64,000 bases of DNA from the human T2T-CHM13v2.0 reference genome, Homo sapiens. This document shows, in pieces, positions 38,190-53,515 of the stretch. Each line of letters starts with the position of its first letter. Position 1 is the stretch's first letter. The notes under the pieces were generated by a model. It was given only the letters and a program-made list of their open reading frames with translations. It was not told where the DNA came from and searched no databases. Where the stretch lies: NCBI RefSeq assembly GCF_009914755.1, contig NC_060938.1. One strand, 5' to 3'. The position numbers were made by a program, and so were the translations under genes.

Positions 38190-41100
38190 AGGGTATTAGG
38201 GTGATGCTGGCCTCATAAAATGTGTTTGGAAGTATTTTTTCTGGCTCTATTTTTGGAAGAGTTTAAGATGTTGGTAATAATTCTTTGAATGTTTGAGAGA
38301 AGTCAGCCATGAAGCCATCTGATCTGGGTTTTCTTTTATTGGAAGGCTTTAATTACTTTCTTAGTCTTTTTATTTGTTTTTCATCTTTTCAGGCTTTCCA
38401 TTTTTTCCTGATTCAATAATGGTAGGTTGTATTTTTCTACAAATTTATCCATTTTCTCTAGGTTATTTAATTCATGACCTATAATTGTTCATAACAATCC
38501 ATTATGAACCTTTTTATTTCTGAGCCATCTGTTGTAATGTCTCCACTTTCATTTGTAATTTTACTTATTTGAGCTTTCTCTGTTTTTGTTTTTAGTTACT
38601 CTAGGTAAGAGTTTGTTGGTTTTGTCAATTTTTTTCAAAGTGTCAACTTTTGGTTTTATTCATTTTTTTTGGTTCTCTATTTGATTTATTTCTGTTGTGA
38701 TCTTTATTTTTTCCTTCCTTCTGCTAACATTGGGTTTAGTTTGATCTTTTTTCTAGCTCCTTAAGACATAATGTTATGCTATTTATTTTGACTATTTCTT
38801 TTATTAAAAAAATGGAGGCATTTATTGCTATAAGCCCTTCCCTTAGAGCTGTATTGATGCATCCCATAGGTTTTCATATATTGGATTTTCATTGTCATTT
38901 ATCTCAGACTTTAAATTTTTCCTTTTGATTTTTTCCTTGACCCATTAGTTGTTCCAGGAGCATGTTGTTTAATTTCCACATATTTGTAAATTTTCCAAAA
39001 TTATTCTTGTTATTGATTTCTAGTTTCACACCATTGTGCTGAGAAATAGTCTGGATATTATTTCAGTCTTCTTGAATTTGTTAAGACTTGTTTTGTGGCC
39101 TAATGCATTGTCTGTCCCGGAAAATATTCCATGTGTACTGGAGAAGAATGCATGCTCTGCCTCTGTTCAATTAAAAATTCTATGTATGTCTGTTAGATCC
39201 ATTTGGTCTAAAGTGCATTTTAAGTCCAGTATTTTCTTGTTAATTTTCTATCTTGTTAATCTATTAATTGTTGAACATGGGATAGTGAAGTCCCCCACTG
39301 TTATTATATTGTTCTCTATTTCTTTTTTATGTTCATTAATATTTGCTTTATAAATTTAGGTGCTCCAAAGTTGAGTGCATATATATTTACAATTGTTATG
39401 TCCTCTTGATGAGTTGACTCTTTTATCATTACAAAATAAACTTCTTTGTCTCTTATAATAGTTTTTGACTTGAGGTCTAAGTTTATCTGATGTTAAGTAT
39501 AGCTACCCCTGCTCTCTTTTGCATGGTACTGTTTTCCATCCTTTCATTTTTTAGCCTATGTATGCTCTTAAAGCTAAAGTGGGTCTCTTCTAGGTAGCAT
39601 ATAGTTAGGTCTTTTTTAATCCGTTTAGCCACTCTATGTTTTTTGATTGGAGAGTTTCATCTATTTACATTCAAGAATTTACTACTGCCATTTTGTTAAT
39701 TGTTTTCTGGTTGTTTTGTAGCTCCTTTACTTCTTTTTTCATCTCTCATTGTCGACTGTTGTGATTTGGTTATTTTCTGCAGTGCTAAGCTTTTATTCCT
39801 TTCTATCATTTATCTGCTGTTGTTTCATTTTGTTTTCTGTTTGTTTTTTGCTTTGTGGTTATCATGTGGCTTACATAAAACATCTTATAGCTCTTTCAAG
39901 CTGTTAGCTAGTTAGCTTCAATCACATACACATACTCTAAACTTTGTTGCCTCCCATTATTTATATTTTTATTTTCAACATTTACTTTTTTATATTGTAT
40001 ATTTCTTACCAACTTACTGCACCTAAAGTTACTTTTGACCATTTTGACTTTTAAACTTCATATTAGACATTTGAAAGATTTACACACCACCATTAGAATA
40101 CTAAAGTATTCCAAATTTGATTATGAATTTACCTCTATCAGTGAGTTTTATACTTTCATGTTTTTATAATAGTAATTATCACTTTTTTTCCCAATTAAAG
40201 CACTCCCTTAAGCATTTGTTCTAAGGCATGTATAGTGGTGATGGATTCCCTCAGCTTTTGCTTCTCTGTAAAATACTTTATTTCTCTTTCATTTCTGAAA
40301 AATAGGTTGGGTGGGTATAGTATTTTTGCCTGGCAGTTTTTTTTTTTTCTTTGAGCACTTTGAATCTATCATTACGTTTTCTCCTGGCTTGCAAGGTTTC
40401 TGCTGAGAAATCCACTGATAGTCTAATGGGGATTTCATTGTATGTCTCTTGACGTTTTTCTTTTTCTGATTTAAAAATTCTCTGTTTGTCTTTGACTTTT
40501 TTATTGTAATATGCCTAAGTGAGGAGCTTTTTGGGTTGAACCTGCTTGGGACATTTGAGCTTCATGGATCTGCTTGTTTGTATATCTCCCAAAACTGAGG
40601 AAGTTTTCAACAATTATTTGATTAACTAAGCTTTCTGTGCATTTCTCTGTCTCTTCTCCATCTGAAACTCTTATAATGTTAAAATTTATTCACTTAATGT
40701 TGTCTAATCATTTTTGTAGGTTTCCTTCTTTCTCTTAGTTTGCTGTCGAAGCTCTCATTTGTATTTTTTATTTTATTCATTGATATCTTCAGCTTTAAGA
40801 CTTTTGTTTGGTTATTTTTTGTGACATATATCTCTTTATTGAATTTCCCATTCAGATAGTGCATTATTTTCTTGATTTCATTGAATTATCTAGCTGTATT
40901 CTCCTGTATCTTGCTGAGCTTCCTTGAGATCATTATTTTAAGTTCCTTTTCAGGTAATTTATAAGTTTCCATTTCTTTGGTGTCAGTTACTTGCAAATTA
41001 TTGTGTTCTTGTAGTGGTGTCATGTTTCCTTCCTTTTTCTTCTTTGTTATGATCCTGTGTTGATGTCTGCACATCTGATGGAGCAGTTGACTCTTCAGTT

Positions 41101-43415
41101 ATATATTTCTGGCTTTCATAGGGAAAGACTTATGTGCAAATGAGTTGGAACTAAGATGTCAGTTGGACAGAGTGTGTTGGCTCTGGGTTCAAGTGGGCAT
41201 GGTATTATAGTCTACATACATGTTCTTCAACTGTGATCAATGTCAGTGATGACTGCAGGCACCTCAGTGGTCTGGACTTCAGGAGACTGTGGCAGGGGTG
41301 TTTGCAGGGTTGGTTGTTAGAGTTCATAGTGGCAAACTTTTTAGGAGTCTTTTATTTTCTTTCCTCACAGTGGGAGACTTAGCTGATGGGGTCCTCATTG
41401 GTGTTGGGTCTGACACGGGCCATAGGCAGCTCAGGAGCACTATGTTCCAGGGTACAGGTGCTCAGAATGGCTGTGGAGCTGGTATGCTGGATTCAGTGTC
41501 CTGTTGAACTATCGTAGCACCTTTGATAAGAGCGAAGGTTTACTCTCTGAGGCACAGTGGATGCAGCTCTCCCACCAAGCTGAGGACTGTAACTCTAAAG
41601 GCACTCTCCAGTAGCTCAGCCCCAGGAGACAGAGATGTAACTGTGACTCCGATCCTCCAGCACTGGCAAAACTCCAGGAAAGGAGGAGTGTTTCACAGGT
41701 TCAGGCCCCAGGAAGAGGGCACAACTGCAATCCAGGTCCTGGAGCCAGCAGAGCTCAGTGGCAAGTTGGGCACAAGAAAAAGGAGATATTGCATAGTGGT
41801 GACTGGACCCTGGAGTAGTGGGACACAATAGTGGCCCAGGCTCTGTACATCCTGTTGCAGCAGCAGCAAAGACCCAGGAATGGTAGGAAAGCTGTGGCTT
41901 GGGCCCTAGGTGGTACAGAACACTGTAAGCATGGTGCCACTCCCCAAGGAGATAGGATATCTTAGCAACTCAAACTCTGGAAGGCTGGTTCTGATCTAGG
42001 GAGGTAAGGCACTGTGGATCTTTGGCCCAGAGGGTGAAGAAGCACAGCTCAGGAAGGCTCTATTTCCTTGGTGGGGCAGGGTGCTATGTCAGCTCAAGCA
42101 CAAGGAAGGTGTGGCTGTTGTACTGGACTGATGTTCCAATTCTGGGAGGGGAAGAATCAGGTGGGACCCTGGGTTGGTTCAGGTCCTAGAGGATGAGGTT
42201 GCTATGCAGACTTGGGTGTAGTTTCTCTCTTGCACAATGATCCTGGTACCCAGGGAGATCAGAGTGCCACACTGGGTTGGACGCCAAGGTTATGGCTCCT
42301 CTCTTCATCTGGAACTCCAATTTCAGGAGGATGAGGCACCAGGTTGACTCAGGCACTAGGGAGCACAGTTGCTCCACTGGCTCAGGCATGGATTCTCTGC
42401 TGAGCCAGAGCACTTGGTCCCTGAGAGGCAGGACACCCCATGTGCCAAGGTTGCAGCTGCTCCCTTGGGTAGAAGCTCCAATTTCCTCAGCACAAGGCAC
42501 CAGATTAGTTCAGGTGCCAAGGGTATGTAGCTGCTCTGGTAAATCCATTATATCTTACTCACTGGGCTGAAGGGTATGGTCCCTGAGGGGCAGGGTGCTG
42601 TGTTGGCTGTGCACGGGGTCACAGCTACTCTCAAGCCAATGCTTGATTCCTGTGGAGCAGGCGATAGGTTGGTTTGAGCATCAGGGAGCACAGCTGCTCT
42701 GCTGGGCCTAGTCTTTGAGTAGCTGGGGTTGAGGGGAGCAGCAATTGGGATTGGGGAAGTGGAATGCTTCCTATGCAGCTTATTTCAAGATGGTAGGGGG
42801 CTACAGAAGCTGAGTGAGGAAATGGTATCCTACCATTTATGTGAAAGTGGGGGTGCAATGATGGCAGAGCCTCAGGGATGGAGGGATACAATGGCTACTG
42901 GCCCCCAGAACAGAACACACTCTAGCAGTAGCTCTGGTTTTAACATGTTGCAGTGCAGTAGCAGTTTGATTCACAGGGTGCAAGGTACAACATAGGCTCA
43001 TCTGGAGTAGTGCCTCCATGTGAATTCTATGCAGCTCCCTTAGCTGGGCTCAGGGTCTGTGAGGGCTGCAGGATCCATTAGTAGTGAAAACTGTGAGTGT
43101 CCTCTACAGTGATGGAGGCTGCTAGGGGCCTTCTGCTTATCTTTTCCTTGCAAGGAGAAGTCCCTCCTGGTCCCAAGCTGATCTCAACTGAGGAGGAAGA
43201 GGGTATGGTGGATACATGATGTTTCTTTCTCTTCTGGATGTGTACATCCTGAGTTTCTGTGCTCCACAGAGTTTCTGCCACTCCCTTGCTGTTCCCCAGC
43301 ACTCTCCTTTAGTCACTGTGGTTGAAATGTAGTTGTTCATTCATCATTTGGGTCCTTTTTTGTTGGGGGCAAGTGTTAGGCACCTCTAGTGAGCTGTCTT
43401 GCTGACATCACTCTC
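38190..43415 (-). mobile_element. L1MA/L1M2-type LINE-1 5' half (long GC-rich 5'UTR, ORF1, ORF2 N-terminal part)
   Basis: Antisense ORF2 38190-39700; ORF1 peptide 40886-41074 (KLPEKELKIMISRKLSKIQENT); 5' terminus CTGTCTTGCTGACATCACTCTC about 43394-43415. Confidence 0.82.
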
Positions 43416-43676
43416 TGTAGCATTTAATAATGGAAAATTTATTTGTAGAACTATGCCTGTCCTACATCTTCTTTCTCTTATCTTTCTAAACTGATTATTT
43501 GAATATTGGACATCTAGGACTGAATCTTTAATCTTTGCTCTCTTGTTCTTCACATCTTATTGCTGTTTCTATTTCTAAGAAATTTCCTTAAAATTATTTT
43601 ATACTGAATTTCTCATTAATAGTAACTTTTAAGTGCTCTTTTATACTTTCTCAGAATATATTATTTTAAAGCTTCT

Positions 43677-44380
43677 TGAAACTGCCATTGCAAAATTATA
43701 ACTGAGACAGTCAAAGAGATCTTACCTAACCAACTCTGTCTTACTTTTAACCTCCAAGCTGTCCTTGTGCATTCCTGGGTGAAGGCTGAACTAACTTTAA
43801 GAGGAACTTAGTTTATAGTTTAAAACAAAGACAATAACAGCCCTTTCCCAAAACAAACCTCCTTGCCTGGGGACTAGACTGTCTTTGTGGGACTAGACTG
43901 CCTTTGTAGTACTAACAAATTAGCCAAACATTCAAAATTATGGTTTAGGAGTCATGTAGCTGGAGGCTACAAGATTCTGACTCTCCCTAAACTTCACCGA
44001 AAATCAGTGTTTGAGATATTTGGCCGACCCTGAACTTGATGGGTCAGCTGGCACCACCCATATTGATAAACTGGCTCATCTGATCTGTGGCCCCCACCCA
44101 GGAACTTACTCAGCACAAGAGGAGAGCTTCAACTCCCTATGATTTCTTCTCTGACCCAACCGATCAGCACTCTTGACTCACTGGCCTTCTTCCACCCACA
44201 AAATTATCCTTAAAAATTGATCCCCCAATGCTTGGGGAGACTGATTTGAGTAACAATAAAGCTCTGCTCTCCCATACAGCCGACTCTGTCTGAATTACTC
44301 TTTCTCTGTTGCAATTTCCCTGTCTTGATAAACCAGCTCTGTCTAGGCAGCAGGCAAGGTGAACCCATTGGGTAGTTACA
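43677..44380 (+). mobile_element. ERV1 solo LTR, LTR8 family
   Basis: TGAAACTGCCATTGCAAAATTATAACTGAG...GGGTAGTTACA, AATAAA near the 3' end, TSD TTCT/CTCT; internal 19-bp tandem duplication at about 43869-43909. Confidence 0.88.
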
Positions 44381-44539
44381 CTCTTATTCTTATTTTAATT
44401 TATTTTTAGTGTTTTAAAAATTTTTTTCATTTCCCTGCCCATTACCTCTAATTCCTTTTTGTGCATTTGTTTGTTTTTATCTTTGTTTTTCACATTAGAG
44501 TCTTTTCTCAAACATTGGGTGAATTGTATTGAAGGGCAC

Positions 44540-44913
44540 TGATATGGTTTGGCTCTGTGTGTCCCTACCCAAATCTCACATCAAATTTTAATCCCCATAA
44601 TCCCTGCATGTGGGGTGGAACCAGGTAGAAGTAACTGAACCATAGGGGCAGATTCCCTTATGCTGTTCTTGTGATAGTGAGTGAGTCTCAGGAGATCTGA
44701 TGGCTTGATAAGCATCTGGCATTTCCCTTACCTGCACTCACGCCGTCCTGCTGTCCTGTGAAGATGCCTGCTTCTACTTTGCTTTCTGCCATATTGTAAG
44801 TTTCCTGATGCCTCCCCAGCCATACGTAACTGTGAGTCAATTAAATCTCTTTTCCTTATAAATTACCCAGTCAAGGTTATTTCTGCATAGCAGTGTGAGA
44901 ACGGGCTAATACA
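44540..44913 (+). mobile_element. THE1 (D-like) MaLR solo LTR
   Basis: TGATATGGTTTGGCTCTGTGT...CTGTGAGTCAATTAAA...CTAATACA; TSD GGCAC/GCCAC. Confidence 0.9.
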
Positions 44914-45589
44914 GCCACTCAAAAGCTGATGGGACACCCCATGTGCTTGCTCAGGACTTATAAATTCGTTGGCTGCTTTGCAGGGTGAATCACCAGTTGT
45001 CAGTATCTCTAGCCCATTTCTTTTGCACTGATTGGCACCTCCAAAGGTGAATCATCTAACATCCTTAGAGAAGGATATTACTGCCCACATTCTCAGAATA
45101 GTTTATTACAAGAGGAGTGGATAACTCAACATTCAGAATATAGGATTTCAATTAATCTTCTGTGTTTAGTGCAGTGACAACTCAGCTGTGCTTTTGGTCT
45201 CCACATCCAGTCTCTGGATCATTGTAGATAGTGATTAAATTTCTAGTCTTCTGCCAAGAAGACACAGGAGCAGCAGCCCAGCTGTATGTGTGACAGGGTC
45301 GGGGTTCTAACTGCTTTTCTCACAGACTTAGAGCTTGTGTTCCTGATTTGAGCTCTACCTCTAACAAAAAGTTTTAGAAATACTGAGCACCTCTAATTAT
45401 GGGTTATTCTACTGCATGAAGTAGCTAGTTTTTAGGCTTCCCTCACTGCCACCATATGTTTCAAAAAATTTCTGGTCTTCAAGTTCAGTTATAACTCCTT
45501 CCTTTTCTTTACAGCTTTTAAAATTTATTGTAATTTCCTCTCTCATCCTCCTTAACTTTGTGAATTTATGCTTCTTAAAATTTCCTTTA

Positions 45590-45975
45590 CTGTAGTATAT
45601 TTATACAATGAAGTATGAAATAGCAATAAGAATGCTATTTTTATAGCATTTGATCTATAATTAATATAATTAATATGGAGGAAAATAAGCCAGATACAAA
45701 AGAATTCATACTCCATGATTTTTTTCATATCAGGAAAAACCTGGAAAAATTAATCTATGTTGTTGGATGTCAGGGTAACGAATACATTTGGAGTTACTAC
45801 AGTGATTGGCAATGGGATGAGGGAGTTCTTGGGATGCTTAGAAGGTTCTGTTTCTTGCTGTGTTTGCTGGTTACACATATATGTTCAGTGTTGAAAATTC
45901 ATCAAGCTTTATACTTACGATGTGTGCCTTGTTTTGTGTGAATTATATATATGGTTTACTTCAAACTTTTAAAAG
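45590..45975 (+). mobile_element. L1ME-like 3' end
   Basis: AAGCCAGATACAAAAGAATTCATACT...GTTCTGTTTCTTG...GAAAATTCATCAAGCT. Confidence 0.7.
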
Positions 45976-47109
45976 TTTATTTACTGCCATTTTAGTAAGT
46001 TCTGGAACACAGTAAAAGTCAACGCATAGATTGCATCTGTGATTTTTAACCTAAAGTTCCACATTTGTACAGTATTTCCTCATAATTTACTATGTGTCTA
46101 TTACTAAAATACCTTTTAATTTACCTGGGGACATATTTAGAAAAATCGTGAAGCAAAGTTAACTATGCCTTTCATATTTATATTCCTCTACATCTCCAGC
46201 AACATATTTTGCTTCTGCAGCAGATTAACAATGCAATATGCTTACCTAAAAAGGGTCTTCTTTCTAGTAGTCAGGAAACTAGTTTTATCCCAGATAAAGT
46301 CTTTTTATCTAATTTCATCGTAGACATGACCTCTTCTAAATTTAGTTTGGTTTACCCCATGAACATTTATTTTCTTTAGATAAGAATTGAATTTCTACTA
46401 TAATCCCAGTGCTGTATCATAAACTGTTGAAACTAATCTTTTGTGCAAATACATACATAAATAGTTTTAAATGAAGGTAAAATGTAATAAAGTACTAAAC
46501 CCTGTGGCTTTTTAGGCAAGTCTGCCCTGAATGCCCCTCCTTTTTCTTATTACTCTGCCAAATACAACTGTACTTGAAACTGCCTTTTCAAACATTATAA
46601 CAGTGACAAAATTATGACAGTGAAAGAGATCTGATCTAAGCAACCCCCATCTTGCCTGTAATCTTTAAACTGCCCTTAATTATTCCTGGGCTTGAGCCAA
46701 GCTAACTGGGAGACTTTATAGTTTAAATGACAATAGCCCTTCCCCAAGACTAAATCGCCTTTGTAAAGCTCATGAAAGACCACCATGATAGGAGAATGAA
46801 GAGCCCGAGTTCTGCTAAGATGTAGGCATAAATGCTTACCAGCTGTTATTCTGGAGGTCACAAGACTTGCAACTCCCCAATCACTCCTGCAGATAACATC
46901 ATTATTGTGCAACCTAAGATTGGCTTTCTTGGGTATCTCTTCAGGTTTTTGCATGGGATGACTTCACCCGTGGGTCCCGTGACCCTACCCGGAAGCTGAC
47001 TCCTTGTCCCACCAAACTATCCTTGAAAAACCCTACCCTCTGAATTTTCAGTGAGATAGATTTAAGTAATAACTCTATCTTCTACCTGGCGTGACCAGCC
47101 TCTAATATC

Positions 47110-49579
<2,470 letters not shown>

Positions 49580-49946
49580 TTACATACTCAGTCTTCTCAA
49601 GGTCATAAACAAAAATCAAGCCCTTTTTTTCTAAAATTTCTTAACTCTATAATATCTTTCCTTACCCTGTTTGCTTCTGCTTTGCCAGACAGTTTCTCTA
49701 AATTTGGACTGGTCAATTTGATTTCTACTTTTGGATATCAAACTATTAGTCACCCTCCTTTCATTATTAATTTTTAAATTGAGTAAATGAAAACTTTACT
49801 CTCCATTATAAAAGAGAAGTGGGAAATACAGGTTACAGATCTTAATCTTAGTATATTAATAATCAAGCTATCTTCTATGAAATGATTGGTGTTATGTTGA
49901 TGCTAAATTTAAAATTAACAGCTACTAATGCTTGAAATGTAGATCA

Positions 49947-50440
49947 TGTAGGATCAAATTGGTTGCCATTAACAAAAAAACCCAATTCAACTAGCTTAAA
50001 CATTGGGGTTTAGGTTATTGTCTCATATAACAAGAAGTCTGTAGGTAGGTAAATAGAAGGTGAGGCTTTCTCTATCGTTCTACTCTGATCTCTCTGATGT
50101 GTTAACTTTGTTCTCAGGTTTGCTCCCCTCATGGTTGCAAAGTGGCTGCCAGCATTCCAGGTAGCATATTCTGATGTGAAAATACCCAGAGGAAGAAGAC
50201 AGTATTTCTTTCTGTGTGAATTTTTTCTTTCTTCTAAAGGAAAAAAAAAATTTCTCAAATTCCCTGGCAAATTTCATTTAATTCTCATTGCTCAGAATTA
50301 ACTCATCTGTTCATGCCTAAATCAAATCACTAGTAATAGGATTGAGATTATAATAACTGGTTTCAACTAATCACGAGTTACTTCTGACGTAAGGATAGAC
50401 TCCCCCTCAATGAAGGATGAATTATTGAACAAATTCGTTA
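49947..50440 (-). mobile_element. Old MLT1 (K-like) LTR
   Basis: TGTAGGATCAAATTGGTTGCC...CTCATGGTTGCAAAGTGGCTGCCAGCATTCCAGG...CTCATTGCTCAGAATT. Confidence 0.6.
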
Positions 50441-50617
50441 TTCTGTTTATAAGGGAAAAATGAGTGAGACATGAATATTTCTTTAAAAAGCAGTGGAACG
50501 TAATATAATTCAGTTTACTCTTTGCTTCATTTCTTTCACTTCTATTCAAATCCACAGACTTTTCTTGATGTTCACTGTCATGATGCTAGCAGAAAATATC
50601 AATATTGTTACTGGAAA
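50347..50617 (+). repeat. Local direct duplication B, copy 1 (copy 2 at 53516-53792)
   Basis: About 270 bp, roughly 85% identical by eye to 53516-53792. Confidence 0.93.
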
Positions 50618-51245
50618 GGAGCCCCAATCCAGGCCCAAGAGAGGGTTCCTGGACCTTGCACAAGAAAGAATTCAGAGCAAGTTCATAAGTTTATTAAGAA
50701 AGTAGAGGAATAAAGAATGGCTACTCTATAGTCAGAGCGGTGGTGTGAGCTGCTCGACTGAATACACTTACAGTTATTTTTTGATTATATGCTAAGCAAG
50801 GAGTAGATTATTCGTGAGTTTTCCAGGAAAGGGGTGGCCAATTCCTGAAACTGAGGGTTCCTCCTCCTTTTAGACCACATAGAGTAACTTCCTGACATTG
50901 CTATGGCATTTGTAAACTGTCATGGCACTGGTGGGAGCTTCTTTTAGCATGCTGATGAATTATAATTAGCAGTGAGAAACACCAGAGGTCATAATTAACA
51001 TAATAAGCCATGAGAATGACCAGAGGCCACTTTTATCGCCACCTTGGTTTGATGGTTTTGGCTGGCTTCTTTACTACATCCTTTTTGATCAGGAAGGTCT
51101 TTGGGACCTACATTTTGTGCTGACCTCCTATCATCTTGTGACTAAGAATGGCTAACATCCTGAGAGTGCAGCCCAGTAGGTCTCATCCTTATTTTACCCA
51201 GCCCCTATTCAGGATGGTGTCACTCTGGTTCACATGCCTCTGACA
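50606..51245 (-). mobile_element. MER41 (B-like) ERV1 solo LTR
   Basis: Minus strand TGTCAGAGGCATGTGAACCAGAG...GGGGCTGGGTAAAATAAG...TTTCCAGTAACA. Confidence 0.9.
50821..50829. promoter_or_regulatory. GAS motif (TTCCAGGAA) within MER41
   Basis: Exact TTCNNNGAA at the position of the MER41B tandem GAS pair. Binding is not demonstrated. Confidence 0.55.
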
Positions 51246-51259
51246 AATCTCTTCTCTCG

Positions 51260-51830
51260 ACTTCTGTAGTAGACTCTTAACTGGTCTCCCTGCCTACACT
51301 GTTACTTCCTCTGATGTATCTTCCACGTTATAAATGGTGTGCTACTGTGTGTGTATGTGTGTGCCTACGTGTATGTATGTGTGGAATATAATTATATCTA
51401 TGCTTAAATCTTATTTATTTTTATCATGGCAATTAAACTTAACATGAGATCTCTCCTATTAATACATTTTTAAATGTACCATACAGTATTGCTAACTTGC
51501 TGTTCAATGGGTATAAAGCTTCAGTTGTGTAAGACCTATGAATTATAAAAAATCCGCTATACAATGAGCTGAAATCTTAAATAGCAACTTGGGTCACTCT
51601 CAGTCTAACCTTCTGTGTTCCAAGCACACTAATCTTTTTTTTTTTCCCCTCCTGGAACACGCCTAATTCTCTTAGTTCTATCTCGAGGGTCTTGCACATG
51701 TTCTCTTTCTGAAAAACTCCTCTCTTTTCCTTTCTTTTATCTTCCTTACCCACCCCATCTAAGTCAGAGCTCAATTCAAGCATTGTTTCCACAGAGAACT
51801 TTCTCTGAGTCTCCATTCTAGATCCAGCCT
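51260..51830 (+). mobile_element. L2 fragment (3' end resumes at about 53905-54045)
   Basis: CTCTTAACTGGTCTCCCTGCCT...GGTCTTGCACATG; tail AATAAATATTTGTTGAATGAATGAATGAAT at about 54016-54045. Confidence 0.65.
51414..51567 (-). mobile_element. Tiny L1MA9/10-like 3' insertion with 5' inversion
   Basis: Antisense 3' end (51414-51497) then a sense upstream piece (51498-51565); TSD GCTTAAATCTTA / GCTGAAATCTTA. Confidence 0.72.
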
Positions 51831-52042
51831 CTACTCCAACACAGGTCCTTAAAACTATTTGCTTCAGTAAAGCTGAGGTTTATCTACATCTAAGAAAAAA
51901 ATACAAATAAGAGTGGCTTATACAAAATAGAGTTTTATTTTTCCCTTGTATAAAAAAAGTCAGAAGTAAGCCAATCAGGACAGCTATAGCAGCTCCATGT
52001 CATCAAGAACTCAGGCTTTTCTTTTATTCTGTTCCATCATCC

Positions 52043-52145
52043 AGAAGGAAATTAATATATTTTACCCCAAATATATTTCTTTGACATATTATTAAATGGC
52101 GGCCCTTTAGCCAGCAAACAGAAGTGCAGAAGTGGCCATGCAAAG

Positions 52146-52190
<45 letters not shown>

Positions 52191-52656
52191 GGTGGGGAGG
52201 GGGTGGACAATTTGCATCTGTAGAGAATCTCCATTAATGCAGCTATGCCCCTCCCCTTCCTATCCCCTTCCCAGATTCAGGAGAGATTGAGAGTCTGACA
52301 TCTATAAAAGTCCAAAAAGAAACAATTACCATCTGTTCTCTCTGAGGGAGGTTCCATCTACATAGCAAGACCACCTTTGCTAGCCAAGTTTCTTCCTTTC
52401 TCTCTCTCTTAACCTGTCTTGCCGCTAAACCTGATTAACCAACATAACCTGTTCCTGGCCATGCTCTGAGTCTGCATTCTTTATTGTGGCCTCAGGACGG
52501 CATATAAATTTCTATAACTCATTGAAAAGTTGGTTCTTCATTCTGAAGACTGCCATTATCCGTGTTAAATACATTTGTATATCTTTTCTCCTATTAATCA
52601 ATTTGCCTCAAGTCAGTGATTTTTAGCAAACCCTTAGAGGGCCAAGATCCTCCACA
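52043..52656 (+). mobile_element. ERV1 solo LTR (MER34/MER39-group-like) carrying a (TG)n tract
   Basis: AGAAGGAAATTAATATATTTTACCCCAAATATATTTCTTTGACATA...CCACA; TSD ATCC at 52039-52042 and 52657-52660. Confidence 0.7.
52147..52188. repeat. (TG)n microsatellite, about 21 units
   Basis: Uninterrupted TG run. Confidence 0.97.
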
Positions 52657-52869
52657 ATCCTTAGCAGCTGACATTCATCCTCAGGGTCAATGATTTGTCA
52701 CAAGATTGACCTTGCAGCTCTAGCCTTCCATAGTTGTCTCTGTTCCAGGCAACAGGGAGGAGAAGAGGTAAGGTCAGAAGCTAAATTTTGAGCTCCCAGC
52801 AAAATCCTACCCCTGTAAAGAATTTTTCCAAAAACCCCACCCAATAACCAATAGCTTCTGCTAACTTCT

Positions 52870-53160
52870 TTTTTTTTTGGATGGAGTCTTACTCTGTTAC
52901 TCAGGCTGGAGTTTAGTGGTGTGATCTTGGCTCACCGCAACCTCCGTCTTCTGGGTGCAAGTGATTCTCCTGCCTCAGCCTCCCAAGTAGCTGGGATTAC
53001 AGGCACCCACCACAACGCCTGGCGAATTTTTGCATTTTTAGTAGAGACGGGGTTTCACCATGTCGGCCAGGCTAGTTTCGAACTCTTGACCTCAAGTGAT
53101 CTGCCTGCCTTGGCCTCCCAAAGTGCTGAGATTACAGGTCTAAGCCACCATGCCCTGCCG
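52870..53160 (-). mobile_element. AluS (Sx/Sz-like)
   Basis: Full dimer; TSD AACTTCT at 52863 and 53161. Confidence 0.92.
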
Positions 53161-53225
53161 AACTTCTAACTTCTTTCAGCCATCTATCTCTTCAAGAAAG
53201 TCTTTTATCCACGCCTCTTTGCAAA

Positions 53226-53307
53226 TATGTACGTGTATATATATGTGTGTGTATATACATATATATGCAATTATTTGAGCACCATTATCTATATATGTGT
53301 ATATATA

Positions 53308-53348
<41 letters not shown>

Positions 53349-53352
53349 ATGT
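53226..53352. repeat. Compound (TA)n/(TG)n microsatellite
   Basis: Alternating purine-pyrimidine runs. Confidence 0.9.
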
Positions 53353-53354
53353 AC

Positions 53355-53515
53355 AAATAATTCCTTCCCAAAGTTAGTTCGGCCTACGCCCAGGAATGCT
53401 GTGCCCAGGAATGAACAAGGACAGCTTAAAGGTTAGAAGCAAGATGGAGTCGGTTAGGTCTGATTTCTTTCACTGTCGTAATTTCCTCAGTTATAATTTT
53501 GCAAAGGTGGTTTCA
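53355..53515 (-). mobile_element. LTR8-family 5' terminal fragment
   Basis: Minus strand TGAAACCACCTTTGCAAAATTATAACTGAGG..., homologous to 43677-43810. Confidence 0.85.
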
